Below, in pieces: positions 1-10,436 of a stretch of 64,000 nt of DNA. Position 1 is the stretch's first letter, and each line of letters begins with the position of its first letter. The stretch is from Mobula hypostoma (Eukaryota). Where the stretch lies: positions 244,034,001 to 244,098,000 of the forward strand of contig NC_086097.1 in assembly GCF_963921235.1 (NCBI RefSeq), given 5' to 3'. The notes under the pieces were generated by a model, which worked only from the letters and a program-made list of their open reading frames with translations, made no database searches and was not told where the DNA came from. Both the position numbers and the translations under genes were made by a program.

Positions 1-27
1 CAGGTTTAATATTGACAATATTCTTGC

Positions 28-177
28 GGACCGGCCAATTGGGGGGAGGGGGGGAGTTGTTCAAGTTCAACAGTGCATGACAGGGAATGAGGAAAGGTGC
101 AGCTGACTCATATCGTTTCATATCACCAAATCATATCGTTTCCTCGCGGCCCAGTAGCACATAGTTGGGGATCACTG
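28..177. mobile_element. partial hAT-like MITE (one terminus)
   Basis: Ends in GTTGGGGATCACTG, the reverse complement of a CAGTGATCCCCAAC hAT-Charlie-type terminus; other end not seen. Confidence 0.5.
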
Positions 178-370
178 TTATAGTCAAATTAAGAATTATA
201 AAGCTCAACCGTTTAATTGCATATGGTGTATTGTCTGATATTTCGCGATACCGATTTGTAACAGGGCTACACATCACGCAGCACCACACAAATGAGATTT
301 CACAAGTTTGGCAGGGCTGGAGACTGTCTTCCTCTAGAATAACACCGCCGGCTGAACCTGAGGGTTGCAC
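178..370 (+). mobile_element. 3' part of an LTR (same family as 15487-15883)
   Basis: Shares TAGTCAAATTAAGAATTATAAAGCT with ~15847-15871; ends CCTGAGGGTTGCA, resembling the inverted TGTAACACCCTGAG start of the other fragment. Confidence 0.5.
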
Positions 371-384
371 TTAAAGCATCACCA

Positions 385-780
385 GACGATAAGACATAGG
401 AGCAGTATTAGGCCATTCAGCCCATCGAGTCTGCTCTGCCGTCCCATCGTGGCTAGTTTATTATCCCTCTGAATCCCATCTCCTGCCTTCTCGCCTTAAC
501 CTTAGACAACATGATTAATCAAGAACCTATCAATCTCTGCCTTAAATATACCCAATAACTTGGCCTCCAGAGCCATCAGTGGCAATAAGTTCAACAGATT
601 CTCTGGCTAAAGAAATTCCTCCTCATTTCTGTTCAAATGGACAAGCCTCTATTCTGAGGCTGTGCCCTCTGGTCCTAGACTAGAGGAAATATCCTCTTCA
701 CATCCAGTTTATCTAAATGGGCTTTATCTAGGGCTTTCAATATTAAATAGATCTCAATGACTTCACCCCTCGTTCCTCTA
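385..780 (-). mobile_element. CR1 LINE 3' fragment
   Basis: CR1 3'UTR/tail (ATAAGACATAGGAGCAG..TTAGGCCATTC) and RT C-terminal sequence shared with many copies in the window. Confidence 0.85.
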
Positions 781-889
781 AGGGACTGATGCGAGAATAT
801 TGAGGGTCTGTTATAGTCCGGTGGATAGGAATAGACTGCAGGATGGTATTGATCAGTTGACAAGAGAGGCAGGCCAAAGGCAAATGAAG

Positions 890-1070
890 TTTGTTGTTCT
901 TTTCCTCCCCACACCCTGTGACACATTGGGCAGCAAACTTGCCATTTCTTTGGCATTGCTGTCTGTTTTTTTACGAGTCTGAGCTGCTAGCTGGACACTC
1001 AACCCAGCATGTAAGGAGCCAGCTGGATTCAAACCTGGGACAACTCGCCTCTAAGTCTGCAGAGGATGCA
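890..1070 (-). mobile_element. tRNA-derived SINE, decayed
   Basis: Minus-strand box-B-like GGTTTGAATCC near 1030; (AAC)-like tail. Confidence 0.45.
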
Positions 1071-1089
1071 AGTTTAATTCTTGTTAATG

Positions 1090-1990
1090 TGAGTCGATGC
1101 ACTTTCGAGAAGTTTGAAACTTTCAACTTGTGAGGTGTAAGCATCACCAATAACCTCTCCTGTTCCAAACACATTGACACCATGACCAGGAAAGCTCTTC
1201 AACACCTCTACTTCCTCAAGGGACTGAAGAAAGCTAACCCTCACAAATTTTTTTTAAAGCACTGTAAAAAAGCTTCCTATTCAGATCCATCAGGGTTGGT
1301 ATGATAACTGCTCTGCCCGTGACCTCTAGAAACTGCAGTGAGTTGAGGACACATCTCAGCACATCACGAAACCAGCCTCCATAGACTCTGTCTACACTTC
1401 ATAGTAAAGCAACCAATATAATCAACTACCTGACCGACCCCGGATGTTCTCTCTTCTCCCCTCTCCCATCAGGCAGAAGGTACAAAAGCCTGAAAGCATG
1501 TACCATCAAGTTCAAGGACAGCTTCCATCCCAATCTTATAATATTAATGAACAGTCCACGAGTATGATAAAATGGACTCAACCTCACCATATACCTCAGA
1601 GTTGTTGTTGAACCCATGGCTGTCGGCAGCAGCTCATAGAATTCTCTGTCCTGGGCCAGTCTTTCAAGTTGTCCCCAGGAGTGGCCAAGTGAAGATCCTT
1701 CTTCTCCCACGGATGAGTTTCATGGAGCTTCTGTTGGCATTTGTGCAGCTCAGGGTTTTTACAGGGTGGAGTTGCTAGCCCCATGTCCAACCCTCCTCCC
1801 TTTACGGTCAGGTTTGGGACCATCCATGGCAGAGTTATCCTGTTATGGCCTTGCACCTTATTGTTTACCTGCAGTACACTTTCTCTGTATCTGTATTCTG
1901 TTATCGGTTTACCTTACACTATCTTTTAATGCACAGTAGTAATGAGTTGGTCTGTATGAACAGTATACGAGTCAAGCTTTTCACCTCGAT
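1090..1990 (+). mobile_element. Rex1/Babar-type LINE 3' fragment, interrupted at 1601-1834
   Basis: Degenerate RT C-terminus (HLYFL-, LPSGRRYKSL-like coding) homologous to ORF 4039-4638. Confidence 0.75.
1601..1834 (-). mobile_element. short non-autonomous RTE-derived element
   Basis: (AAC)n tail; RTE-like 5'UTR motif GGAGGGTTGG..GGGCTAGCAAC; homologous copy ~51520-51760 starting at the same 5' point. Confidence 0.6.
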
Positions 1991-2306
1991 ATCTGACCAT
2001 AAGACTATCAGGCATAGGCACAGAATTAGGCCATTCAGCCCATTGGGTCTGCTCTGCCATTTCATTGTGGCTGATCCGTTTTCTCTCTCAACCCCATTCG
2101 CCTGTTTTCTCCCCGTAACCTTTCACTCCCTGACTAATCAAGAACCTATCAAATCTCTGCCTTAAGTGCACCCAATGGCCTGGCCTCCACAGCCTCCTGG
2201 AGAAACAAACTCCACAGGTTCACTACCCTCTGGTTAAGGAAATCCCTCCACATCTCCATTCCAAATGGATGTCCCTCTATTCTGAGGTTGTGCCCTCTGG
2301 TCCTAG

Positions 2307-2589
2307 TAAAGTAAGTAAAGGCATCCGTTAGTCTTGTGAGACCATGGATCTGCGCCTGGAAAGTCTTCACTCTCCAGGGCGCAGGCCTGGGCAAGGTTGT
2401 ATGGAAGACCAGCAGTTGCCCATACTGCAAATCTCCCCACTCCACAACACCAATGTTGTCCAAGGGAAGGGCATTAGGACCCATACAGCTTGGCACCAGT
2501 GTCGTCGCAGAGCAATGTGCGATTAAGTGCCTTGCTCAAGGACACAACACGTTGCCTCGGCTGGGGCTCAAACTCATGTGCCCACACAT
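2307..2589 (-). mobile_element. tRNA-derived CORE-like SINE with internally deleted head
   Basis: 9-bp TSD TGGTCCTAG (2298-2306, 2590-2598); CORE-like GTGTCCTTGAGCAAGGCACTTAA; near-identical to 41787-42103. Confidence 0.85.
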
Positions 2590-3147
2590 TGGTCCTAGAC
2601 TCCCCCACTATACGGAACATCTCCTCCACATCCACTCTATCAAGGCCTTTCAACATTCGATGGGTTTCAATTAAGATACCCCCTCATTCTTCTAAATTCC
2701 AGCAAGTACATGCTCAGTGCTATCTATCATACCTCATATGATAACCCTTTCATTCCCTGAATCATTCTCCTGAACCTCCTCTGAATCCAATGTCAGCGCA
2801 TCCTTTCATAGATAAGCAGCCCAAAACCGCTTACAATACTCCAAGTGAGGCCTCACCTGGGTATTATAAAGTCTCAGCACTACACCCATACTTTTACATT
2901 TCTAGTCCTCTTGAAATAAATGCTAACATTGCATTTGCCTTCCTTACGACCAACTCAACCTGCAAATTAACATTTAAGGAACCTGCACAAAGACTCCCAA
3001 GTCCCTTTGCACCTTAGATTTTTAAATTTTTTCCCCATTTAGAAAATAGTCTATAATTTTGTTCCTTCTACCAAAGTATATAACCATGCATGTCCCAACA
3101 CTCTGTTCCATCTACCACTTCTTTGCCCATTTTCCCAAACTGTCTAA

Positions 3148-4852
3148 GGCTACGTCCACACTAGACCGGATAAATCCGTAACTGAAGCTTTTTCTCTTCG
3201 TTTTGACCCTCCGTCCACACTGAAATGGCATTTTCCTCCCCCGAAAATGGAGCTTTTCTAAAACACTCTCCAGAGTGTGTAAATCTGAAAACGCCAGTTG
3301 GCCGTTATAGTGTGTACGGGGTAACCGGCTAATTTTAAAAACACTGTCATGACGTGCCGGAACAAATGGTGACGGCCGCGCTGCATTTCATTGTTTTCTT
3401 GAACGCAACCTCCAACACCACAACAATATCTGACAATAGATGTGTAACAGCCTAATGTAACATTATATGGAAATACAAGATAACACTGATGCGGACATGT
3501 TTTATACATTTAACAGGCTGCTTTATTAATTTATTGCTTGTGCAAACATTCAATAGATGCTTTGTCACTTTTGCCCAGTAACTCATTTTATTGCACATGT
3601 TAAATACAGCAAAATAATACACAAAGACATGGCAAAAGCAAAGGCAAACAAATGAGGTAACAGCAAATTTTACTTTTGCCCAGTAACAAGCCTTATTGCA
3701 TTTATTTGTAGCTGTCGTCCCTTTCATTGGTGAAGAGACTACGGCTGTAGGAAATGTTTCTGGACAAACACACACCAAGTCTTTCGTTTGGCAATTTCCT
3801 TTTAAGTTTTTCTAGTCTGTAACCGGACAAATGCGCACCAAGTATACCATTTCCTATTCGCTTGTTTTCTGTGTGTCCTGCGCATGCCCAGTAATCATAG
3901 TCATAGTCATAGTCATACTTTATTGATCCCGGGGGAAATTGGTTTTCGTTACAGTTGCTCCATAAATAATAAATAGTAATAGAACCATAAATAGTTAAAT
4001 AGTATGCCAGTAAATTATGAAATAAGTCCAGGACCAGCCTATCGGCTCGGGGTGTCTGACCCTCCAAGGGAGGAGTTGTAAAGTTTGATGGCCACAGGCA
4101 GGAATGACTTCCTATGACGCTCTGTGCTGCATCTCAGTGGAATGAGTCTCTGGCTGAATGTACTCCTGTGCCCACCCAGTACATTATGTAGTGGATGGGA
4201 GACATTGTCCAAGATGGCATGCAACTTGGACAGCGTCCTCTTTTCAGACACCACCGTGAGAGAGTCCAGTTCCATCCCTACAACATCACTGGCCTTACGA
4301 ATGAGTTTGTTGATTCTGTTGGTGTCTGCTACCCTCAGTCTGCTGCCCCAGCACACAACAGCAAACATGATAGCACTGGCCACCACAGACTCGTAGACCA
4401 TCCTCAGCATCGTCCGGCAGATGTTAAAGAACCTCAATCTCCTCAGGAAATAGAGACGGCTGTGACCCTTCTTGTAGACAGCCTCAGTGTTCTTTGACCA
4501 GTCCAGTTTATTGTCAATTCGTATCCCCAAGTATTTGTAATCCTCCACCATGTCCACACTGACCCCCTGGATGGAAACAGGGGTCACCGGTGCCTTAGCT
4601 CTCCTCAGGTCTACCACCAGCTCCTTAGTCTTTTTCACATTAAGCTGCAGATAATTCTGCTCACACCATGTGACAAAGTTTCCTACCGTAGCCCTATACT
4701 CAACCTCATCTCCCTTACTGATGCATCCAATAGGAGGAGATTCGCCCAGATATCCATTTTAATGTGGACGGAGGTATTTTCAAAAACGTCTAGTGTGGAC
4801 GCCTATCGTTTTTACACGAAACCAGTGTTTTCAAAATTATCTGGTCTAGTGT
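3148..4852. mobile_element. non-autonomous PIF/Harbinger-type DNA transposon
   Basis: Left TIR GGCTACGTCCACACTAGACCGGATA after TAA; right end TATCTGGTCTAGTGT is its complement minus the outer 10 nt; subterminal TAGTGTGGACG repeat. Confidence 0.8.
3895..4730 (-). mobile_element. Rex1/Babar LINE 5'-truncated copy, RT C-terminal ORF 4039-4638
   Basis: 199-aa ORF (KTKELVVDLRR..YKYLG..LDW..RLYFLRRLR..SFLPVAIKLYN); (TATGAC)n tail. Confidence 0.9.
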
Positions 4853-4905
4853 CTAAGTCCTTCTGCAGCGTCTCTGCTTCCTCAATATTATCTGCCCCTC
4901 CACCT

Positions 4906-5590
4906 GGGGAGGAGAAGATGGCGGTGCGACGCAGTTTGCACGGCAACTGCGGTGAATGATATCTGTAATCTGTCAAGTAGGGTGCCGTGCACGATCCTGA
5001 TTTGGTGGAGACAGACATGAGAGAATGGAGGAACATCTGGAGAAACTTCTGAAATGCCTTTTTCGCTGCCGCTGTTACTGTGTGATCCAGAATCTCCGGA
5101 GAGGAAAGCCCCGAATCCTCGGCTTTGCTTGTTGCTCGGCGGCCGGGGCTGGGGTCGAAGCGTTCGGCAGAGATGGTGCTCGGTGCTCGGTGTCGAAGGG
5201 CTGGTCAGAGGCTTGAAGTTTTCGGACGGACTCAGAGTCAGCTGTGGTCGGATGCTTCCAATGCATCGACAGTTGTCAGTGCCTGGAGGTTTATAACAGG
5301 GAGAGTTTCTCCCTTCTGCCGCTTGCTATCAGGGACTATCGGGAGTTGATCAGAACTTTGAGACTTTTTTTTTACCGTTCCCATGGTCCGCTCTTTATCA
5401 AATTATGGTATTGCTTTGCACTGCTGTAGCTATATGTTATAATTATGTGGTCTTGTCAGTGTTAGTCTTTGGTTTGTCTTGTTTTATTTGTGATATCATT
5501 CTGGGGGAACGTTGTATAATTTCTTAATGCATGCATGCATTTCTAAATGACAATAAACGAGGACTGAGTGTCCTCCTAATCTAAAAAAAA
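4906..5590 (+). mobile_element. non-coding non-autonomous retroelement (SINE-like)
   Basis: Interrupts CR1; starts GGAGAAGATGGCGG (YY1-like); ends AATAAAC, hairpin GAGGAC-TGAGT-GTCCTC and A tail. Confidence 0.7.
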
Positions 5591-7871
5591 CTACCTTCAT
5601 ATCGTTCATGAACTTGGCCACAAAGCCATAAATTCTGTCATCCAGATCATTTATATAAAATGTAAAAAGAAGTGGTCCCAATACCGACCCCAGCGGAACA
5701 CCACTAGTCACTGGTAGCCAACCAGGAAAGGCTCCCTTTATTCCCTCTCTTTGCTCCTGCCAATCAGCCAATCCACCAATCCTCATCCATGCTAGGATCT
5801 TTCCTATAATCTCATGGGTTCTTACCTTGTTAAGCATCCTCATGTGCAACAGCTCGTCAAAGACCCTCTGTAAATCCAAGTATACAACATCCACTGATTC
5901 CCCTTTGTTTATCCTGTTTGTTAACAATTCCAACAGGCTTGTCATGAAAGATTTTCCCTTAAGGAAACCATGCTGACTTTGGTCGATTCCCTGAGACCTC
6001 CTCCTTAACAAAGAACTCCAACATCTTTCCAACCACTGAGGTCAGGCTAACTGGCCTATAATTTTCTTTCTTGTGCCACCCTCTTCTTAAAGAGTGGAGT
6101 GATATTTGCAATTTTTCAGTCCTCTAGAACCATGCCCGAATCTAGTGATTCTTGAAAGATCATTTCTAATGGTTTCTCAATCTTTTCAGCTACCTCTTTA
6201 CAAACCCTGGGGTGTAGTCCATCTGGTCTAAGTGACTCTTCCACCTTCAGATATTTCAGCTTCCCAAGTACCTTCTCCCTAGTAATAGCAACTACACTCA
6301 TTTCTGCCCCCTGACACTCTCAAACCTCCATCATACCGCTCGTGCCTTCCACAGTGAAGGCTGATGCAAAATACTTATTCAGTTCTTCCACTATTTCCTT
6401 GTATCCGATTACTACCTCTCCAGCATCATTTTCCAATACTCTAATATCCATTCTCACCTCTCTTTTACTCTATATCTGAAAAACACTTTTGGTATTTTTT
6501 TTGATATTATTGGCTAGCTTAACTTCATATTTCATCTTTTCCCCCCCTTATGGCTTTATTAGTTGCCTTCTGTTGTTTTTTTAAGTTCTTCCCAATTCTC
6601 TAACTTCCAGGTAATTTTTGGTCTACTGTATGCCCTCTCCTTGGCTTTTTATGTTGTCTTTGACTTCCTTTGTCAGGTATGGTTGCACCATCCTGCCTTT
6701 AGAATACCTCTTCTTTCTGGTGCCTTCTGAAATGACCCAGAAATTCCAGCCATCATTGTTCTGCTATCATCCCTGCTAGTGTCCCCTTCCAATCAACTTT
6801 GGCCAGGTCCTCTATCATGCCCCCATAATTTCCTTGACTCATTTTATTGCACATGTTAAATACAACAAAATAATACACAAAGACATGGCAAAAGTAAAGG
6901 CAAACAAATGAGGTGACTCTGACTTTAGCTTCTCCCTCTCAAATTGTAGGGTGTTTTCTAACCTTTATGATCACCGTCTCCGAAGGGCTCATTTACTTTG
7001 AGCTCCCTAATCAAATCAAGTTCATTATACAATACCCGTATGTGACAATCTACTTATAGGGTAGGACATACCTGGGAATGGTAGCTTTCCAAGATGGTTT
7101 GCAGATACCTTACTGTATAAGATGAAGGATCTCTGAAGGTGACAGCACATGTACAGTAGATAAGGAAGTGAAAAAAAACAGAGGAACACATTAGGGGAAT
7201 AGGGTTTGTTTTGCTGTCTTCCCTGTTGTTTGTAGTGTTCTGTTTTGTTGTTTTCTGTGTCGTTCTGCTGAATATTGTGCCCATGGTATGTTTGCGTCAG
7301 AATGTACGATTGCATTAGTTTATTTCATCTTATTTAGATTAACCAATTTCCCCCGGGATCAATAAAGTATGACTATGACTATGTGTCAAATGTGTTCAGA
7401 AACGTTCTCTAAATCAATATACAGTATAGAGGTACCTACGAGAGAGGATGCAATACTTGATCTCCTATTAGGGAACCAGACAGGTCAGGTGACAGAAGTA
7501 TGTGTAGGCGAACATTTTGGGTCCAGTGACCATAATGTCATTAGTTTCAAGTTAATTCTGGATAAGGATAGGTCTGGTCCTCGAGTTGAGGTTCAAAATT
7601 GGAGAAGGGCCAATTTTGTGGAAATAAGGAAGGATCTAGGAAGAGTGGATTGGGATAAGTTGTTTTCTGGTGAGGATGTGTTCAGTAAATGGAAGGCCTT
7701 CAAAGGCGAAATTGAGTGCAGAGTTTGCACGTTCCTGCCAGGATTAAATGCAAAATTAACAGGCATAGGGAACCTTGGTTTTCAAGGGATATTGGCGATC
7801 TGGTTAAGAAAAAGAGAGAGGTGTATAGCAGGTATAGGCAACAAGGAACAAATGGGGTACTTGAAGAGTAT

Positions 7872-8433
7872 GTTGTTGTTGTTCGTCCATCGTTGACGTC
7901 GAAGAGGACCTCGACACCATAATGATGGTGTCGAGACTAGCGCGTGATTTGGATTTAAGTGAGGGAGAGTTGCATAGCGTCAGCCTCACTCTCTCTTCCC
8001 AATTCCCATCTGGATCCAGTGGCAAGATAGAGTCTAGACGGCTGGAGATGGGACTTGGCGCAGTGGATGACCAGGACGTCTTCTGTGTCTTGTCCTGCTC
8101 TACACGTTCCACGACGCTTGCAGAGACCGCCTTCTTGACCGTTGGACCTTCCGCTGGTCTCGTCCGCTCAATCCGCCGGAGTCTGTCTTCACATGCTGGG
8201 ATAGACAGCTCCCTATCTCACCGAGGGTTTGAGACCCGTCGGCTACCCTCACCTGGTTTAGCCGGCTTGTCGAAGCCGTTGCCCGGGGTGTGGCCGCTGT
8301 CGCATGCAAACAGCTACGAGGAGCCACAGGTGAGAGCTGAGTGCCAGGTGGGGACCAAAGGTGGACTAACCGCCCTGAAAAGGACGCGACATGTTCCCCC
8401 ACCAGAGGTGCTACCCCTCCCTGACACCCCATA
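7872..8433 (-). mobile_element. non-autonomous RTE-derived element with 5' ribozyme
   Basis: 14-bp TSD TACTTGAAGAGT(A/G)T at 7858-7871 and 8434-8447; (AAC)n tail; 11-bp hairpin 7910-7935. Confidence 0.85.
8248..8430 (-). ncRNA. HDV-like self-cleaving ribozyme (predicted)
   Basis: P1 GGGGTGT/ACACCCC, P2 CTCACCTG/CAGGTGAG, P3 GGC/GCC, L3 starting TCC, P1.1 CC/GG, P4 CGGCTT-CGAC-AAGCCG and J4/2 GCTAA, all in the correct order. Confidence 0.85.
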
Positions 8434-10436
8434 TACTTGAAGAGTGTAGAAAATGTAAGAAAATACTAAAGAAGGAAATCAGGAAGGCAAAAAGAAGACA
8501 TGAGGTTGCTCTGGCAGATAATGTGAAGGTAAACCCGAAGGGTTTCTACAAGTGTATTAAGAGTAAAAGGATAGTAAGGGACAAAATTGGTCCCCTAGAA
8601 GATCAGAGTGGTTGTCTATGTGTGGAGCCTCACAAGATGGGGGAGATAATAAACAGCTTTTTTGCATCAGTATTTACTCAGGAAACTGGCAGAGTGTATA
8701 TGGAAGGAAGGGAAACAAGCAGTAGTGTCATGGAACATATAGAGATTAAAGAGGAGGAGGTGCTTGCTGCCTTACAGCGAATAAAGGTAGATAAATCCCC
8801 CGGGCCTGACATGATATTTCCTCGGACCTTGAGAGAGACTAGTGTAGAAATTTCAGGGGTCCTGGCAGAAATATTTAAAATGTCCTTAGCCACGGGTGCA
8901 GTGCCGGAGTATTGGAGGGTAGCTCATGTTGTTCTGTTGTTTAAAAAAGGCTCCAAAAGTAAACCAGGTAATTACAGGCCGGTGAGCCTGACATCAGTAG
9001 TAGGTAAAGTATTGGAAGGTGTTCTGAGAGATCGGATATACAAGTATTTGGACAGCCAAGGGCTGATTAAGGATCTTCAGCATGGCTTTGTACGTGGTAG
9101 ATCATGTTTAATGAATCTTGTAGAGTTTTTCGAGGAGGTTACCAAGAAAGTAGACGAAGGAAAGGCTGTGGATGTTGTCTACATGGACTTTAGTAAGGTC
9201 TTTGACAAGGTCCCACATGGGAGGTTAGTTTAGAAGGTTCAGACACTAGGTATCCATGGAGAGGTTGTAAACTGGATTCGAAATTGGCTGTGTGGGAGAA
9301 GACAGAGAGTGGTAGTGGATGATTGCTTCTCAGACTGGAGGCCTGTGACTAGTGGTGTGCCTCAGGGATCTGTGCTGGGACCATTGTTGTTTGTTGTCTG
9401 TATCAATGATCTAGATAATACTGTAGTAAATTGGATCAGCAAGTTTGCTGATGACACTAAGATTGGAAGTGTTGTGGACAGCAAGGAAGGCTTTCAAAGC
9501 TTGCAGAAGGATGTGGACCAACTGGAAAAATGGGCCAGAAAATGGCAGATGGAATTTAATGCAGACAAGTGTGAGCACATACACAGTAAATGGTAGGGCA
9601 CTGAGGAGTGCAGAGGAACAAAGGGATCTGGGAGTTCAGATTCATAATTTCCTGAAAGTGCCGTCACAGATAGACAGGGTTGTAAAGAAGGCTTTTGGCA
9701 TCCTGGCATTCATAAATCAAAGTACTGAGTATAGGAGTTGGGATGTTATGGTGAGGTTGTACAAGACATTGGCGAGGTCAGATTTGGAGTATTGTGTGCA
9801 GTTCTGGTCACCTAACTATAGGAAGGATATCAGTAAGATTGAAAGAGTGCAGAGAAGATTTACTAGGATGTTGCCGGGTCTTCAGGAGTTGAGGTACAGG
9901 GAAAGATTCAACAGATTAGGACTTTATTTCTTGGAGCGTAGAAGAATGAGGGGAGATTTGATCGAGGTTTACAAAATTATGAGGGGTATAGACAGAGTAA
10001 ATGTGAGTAGGTTCTTTCCACTTAGATTAGGAGAGAGAAATATGAGAGGACATGGGTTTAGAGTGAAAGGGGAAAGGTTTAGGGGGAACATTAGGGGGAA
10101 CTTCACTCAGAGAGTGGTGGGAGTGTGGAACGAGCTGCCATCTGACGTGGTAAATGAGGGCTCACTCTTAGGTTTTAAGAACAAATTGGATAGATACATG
10201 GATGGGAGAGGTCTGGAGGGTTATGGACTGGGTGCAATGGGACTAGCGGAATAAAGTTTCGGCATAGACTAGAAGGGCCAAATGGCCTGTTTTCTGTGCT
10301 GTGGTGTTCTATGGTTCTATATACAGGACGGTAACAGGACATTCCAGCCCACACCGCCCAATTACACCCATCAACCCACACTTCTTTGGGATGTGGGAGG
10401 AAACCAGAGCACCCAAGGGGAAACCCATGCACCTAC

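Larger units (their letters stand above)
1995..7060 (-). mobile_element. CR1 LINE ORF2 + 3'UTR, decayed, hosting four direct insertions (one with a further LINE nested inside)
   Basis: Collinear CR1 sequence resumes across each insertion; ORFs 5496-6032 (QHGF, VVYLD, GVPxGSVLGPLLF) and 6116-6301 (PDGLHPRV). Confidence 0.9.
7415..10320 (+). mobile_element. CR1 LINE ORF2 (endonuclease C-terminus, RT) + 3'UTR
   Basis: ORFs 7369-7896 (ILDLLL..GSSDHN), 8391-9233 (KSPGPD, NYRPVSLTS, QHGF), 9309-9596 (GVPQGSVLGP, FADD), 9445-10254; TTCTATGG-type tail; stops and frameshifts. Confidence 0.95.

Noticed and set aside
7922..8440. 172-aa plus-strand ORF
   Set aside because: Antisense to the GC-rich ribozyme-bearing element; no protein motifs; not preserved in the 56-kb paralog
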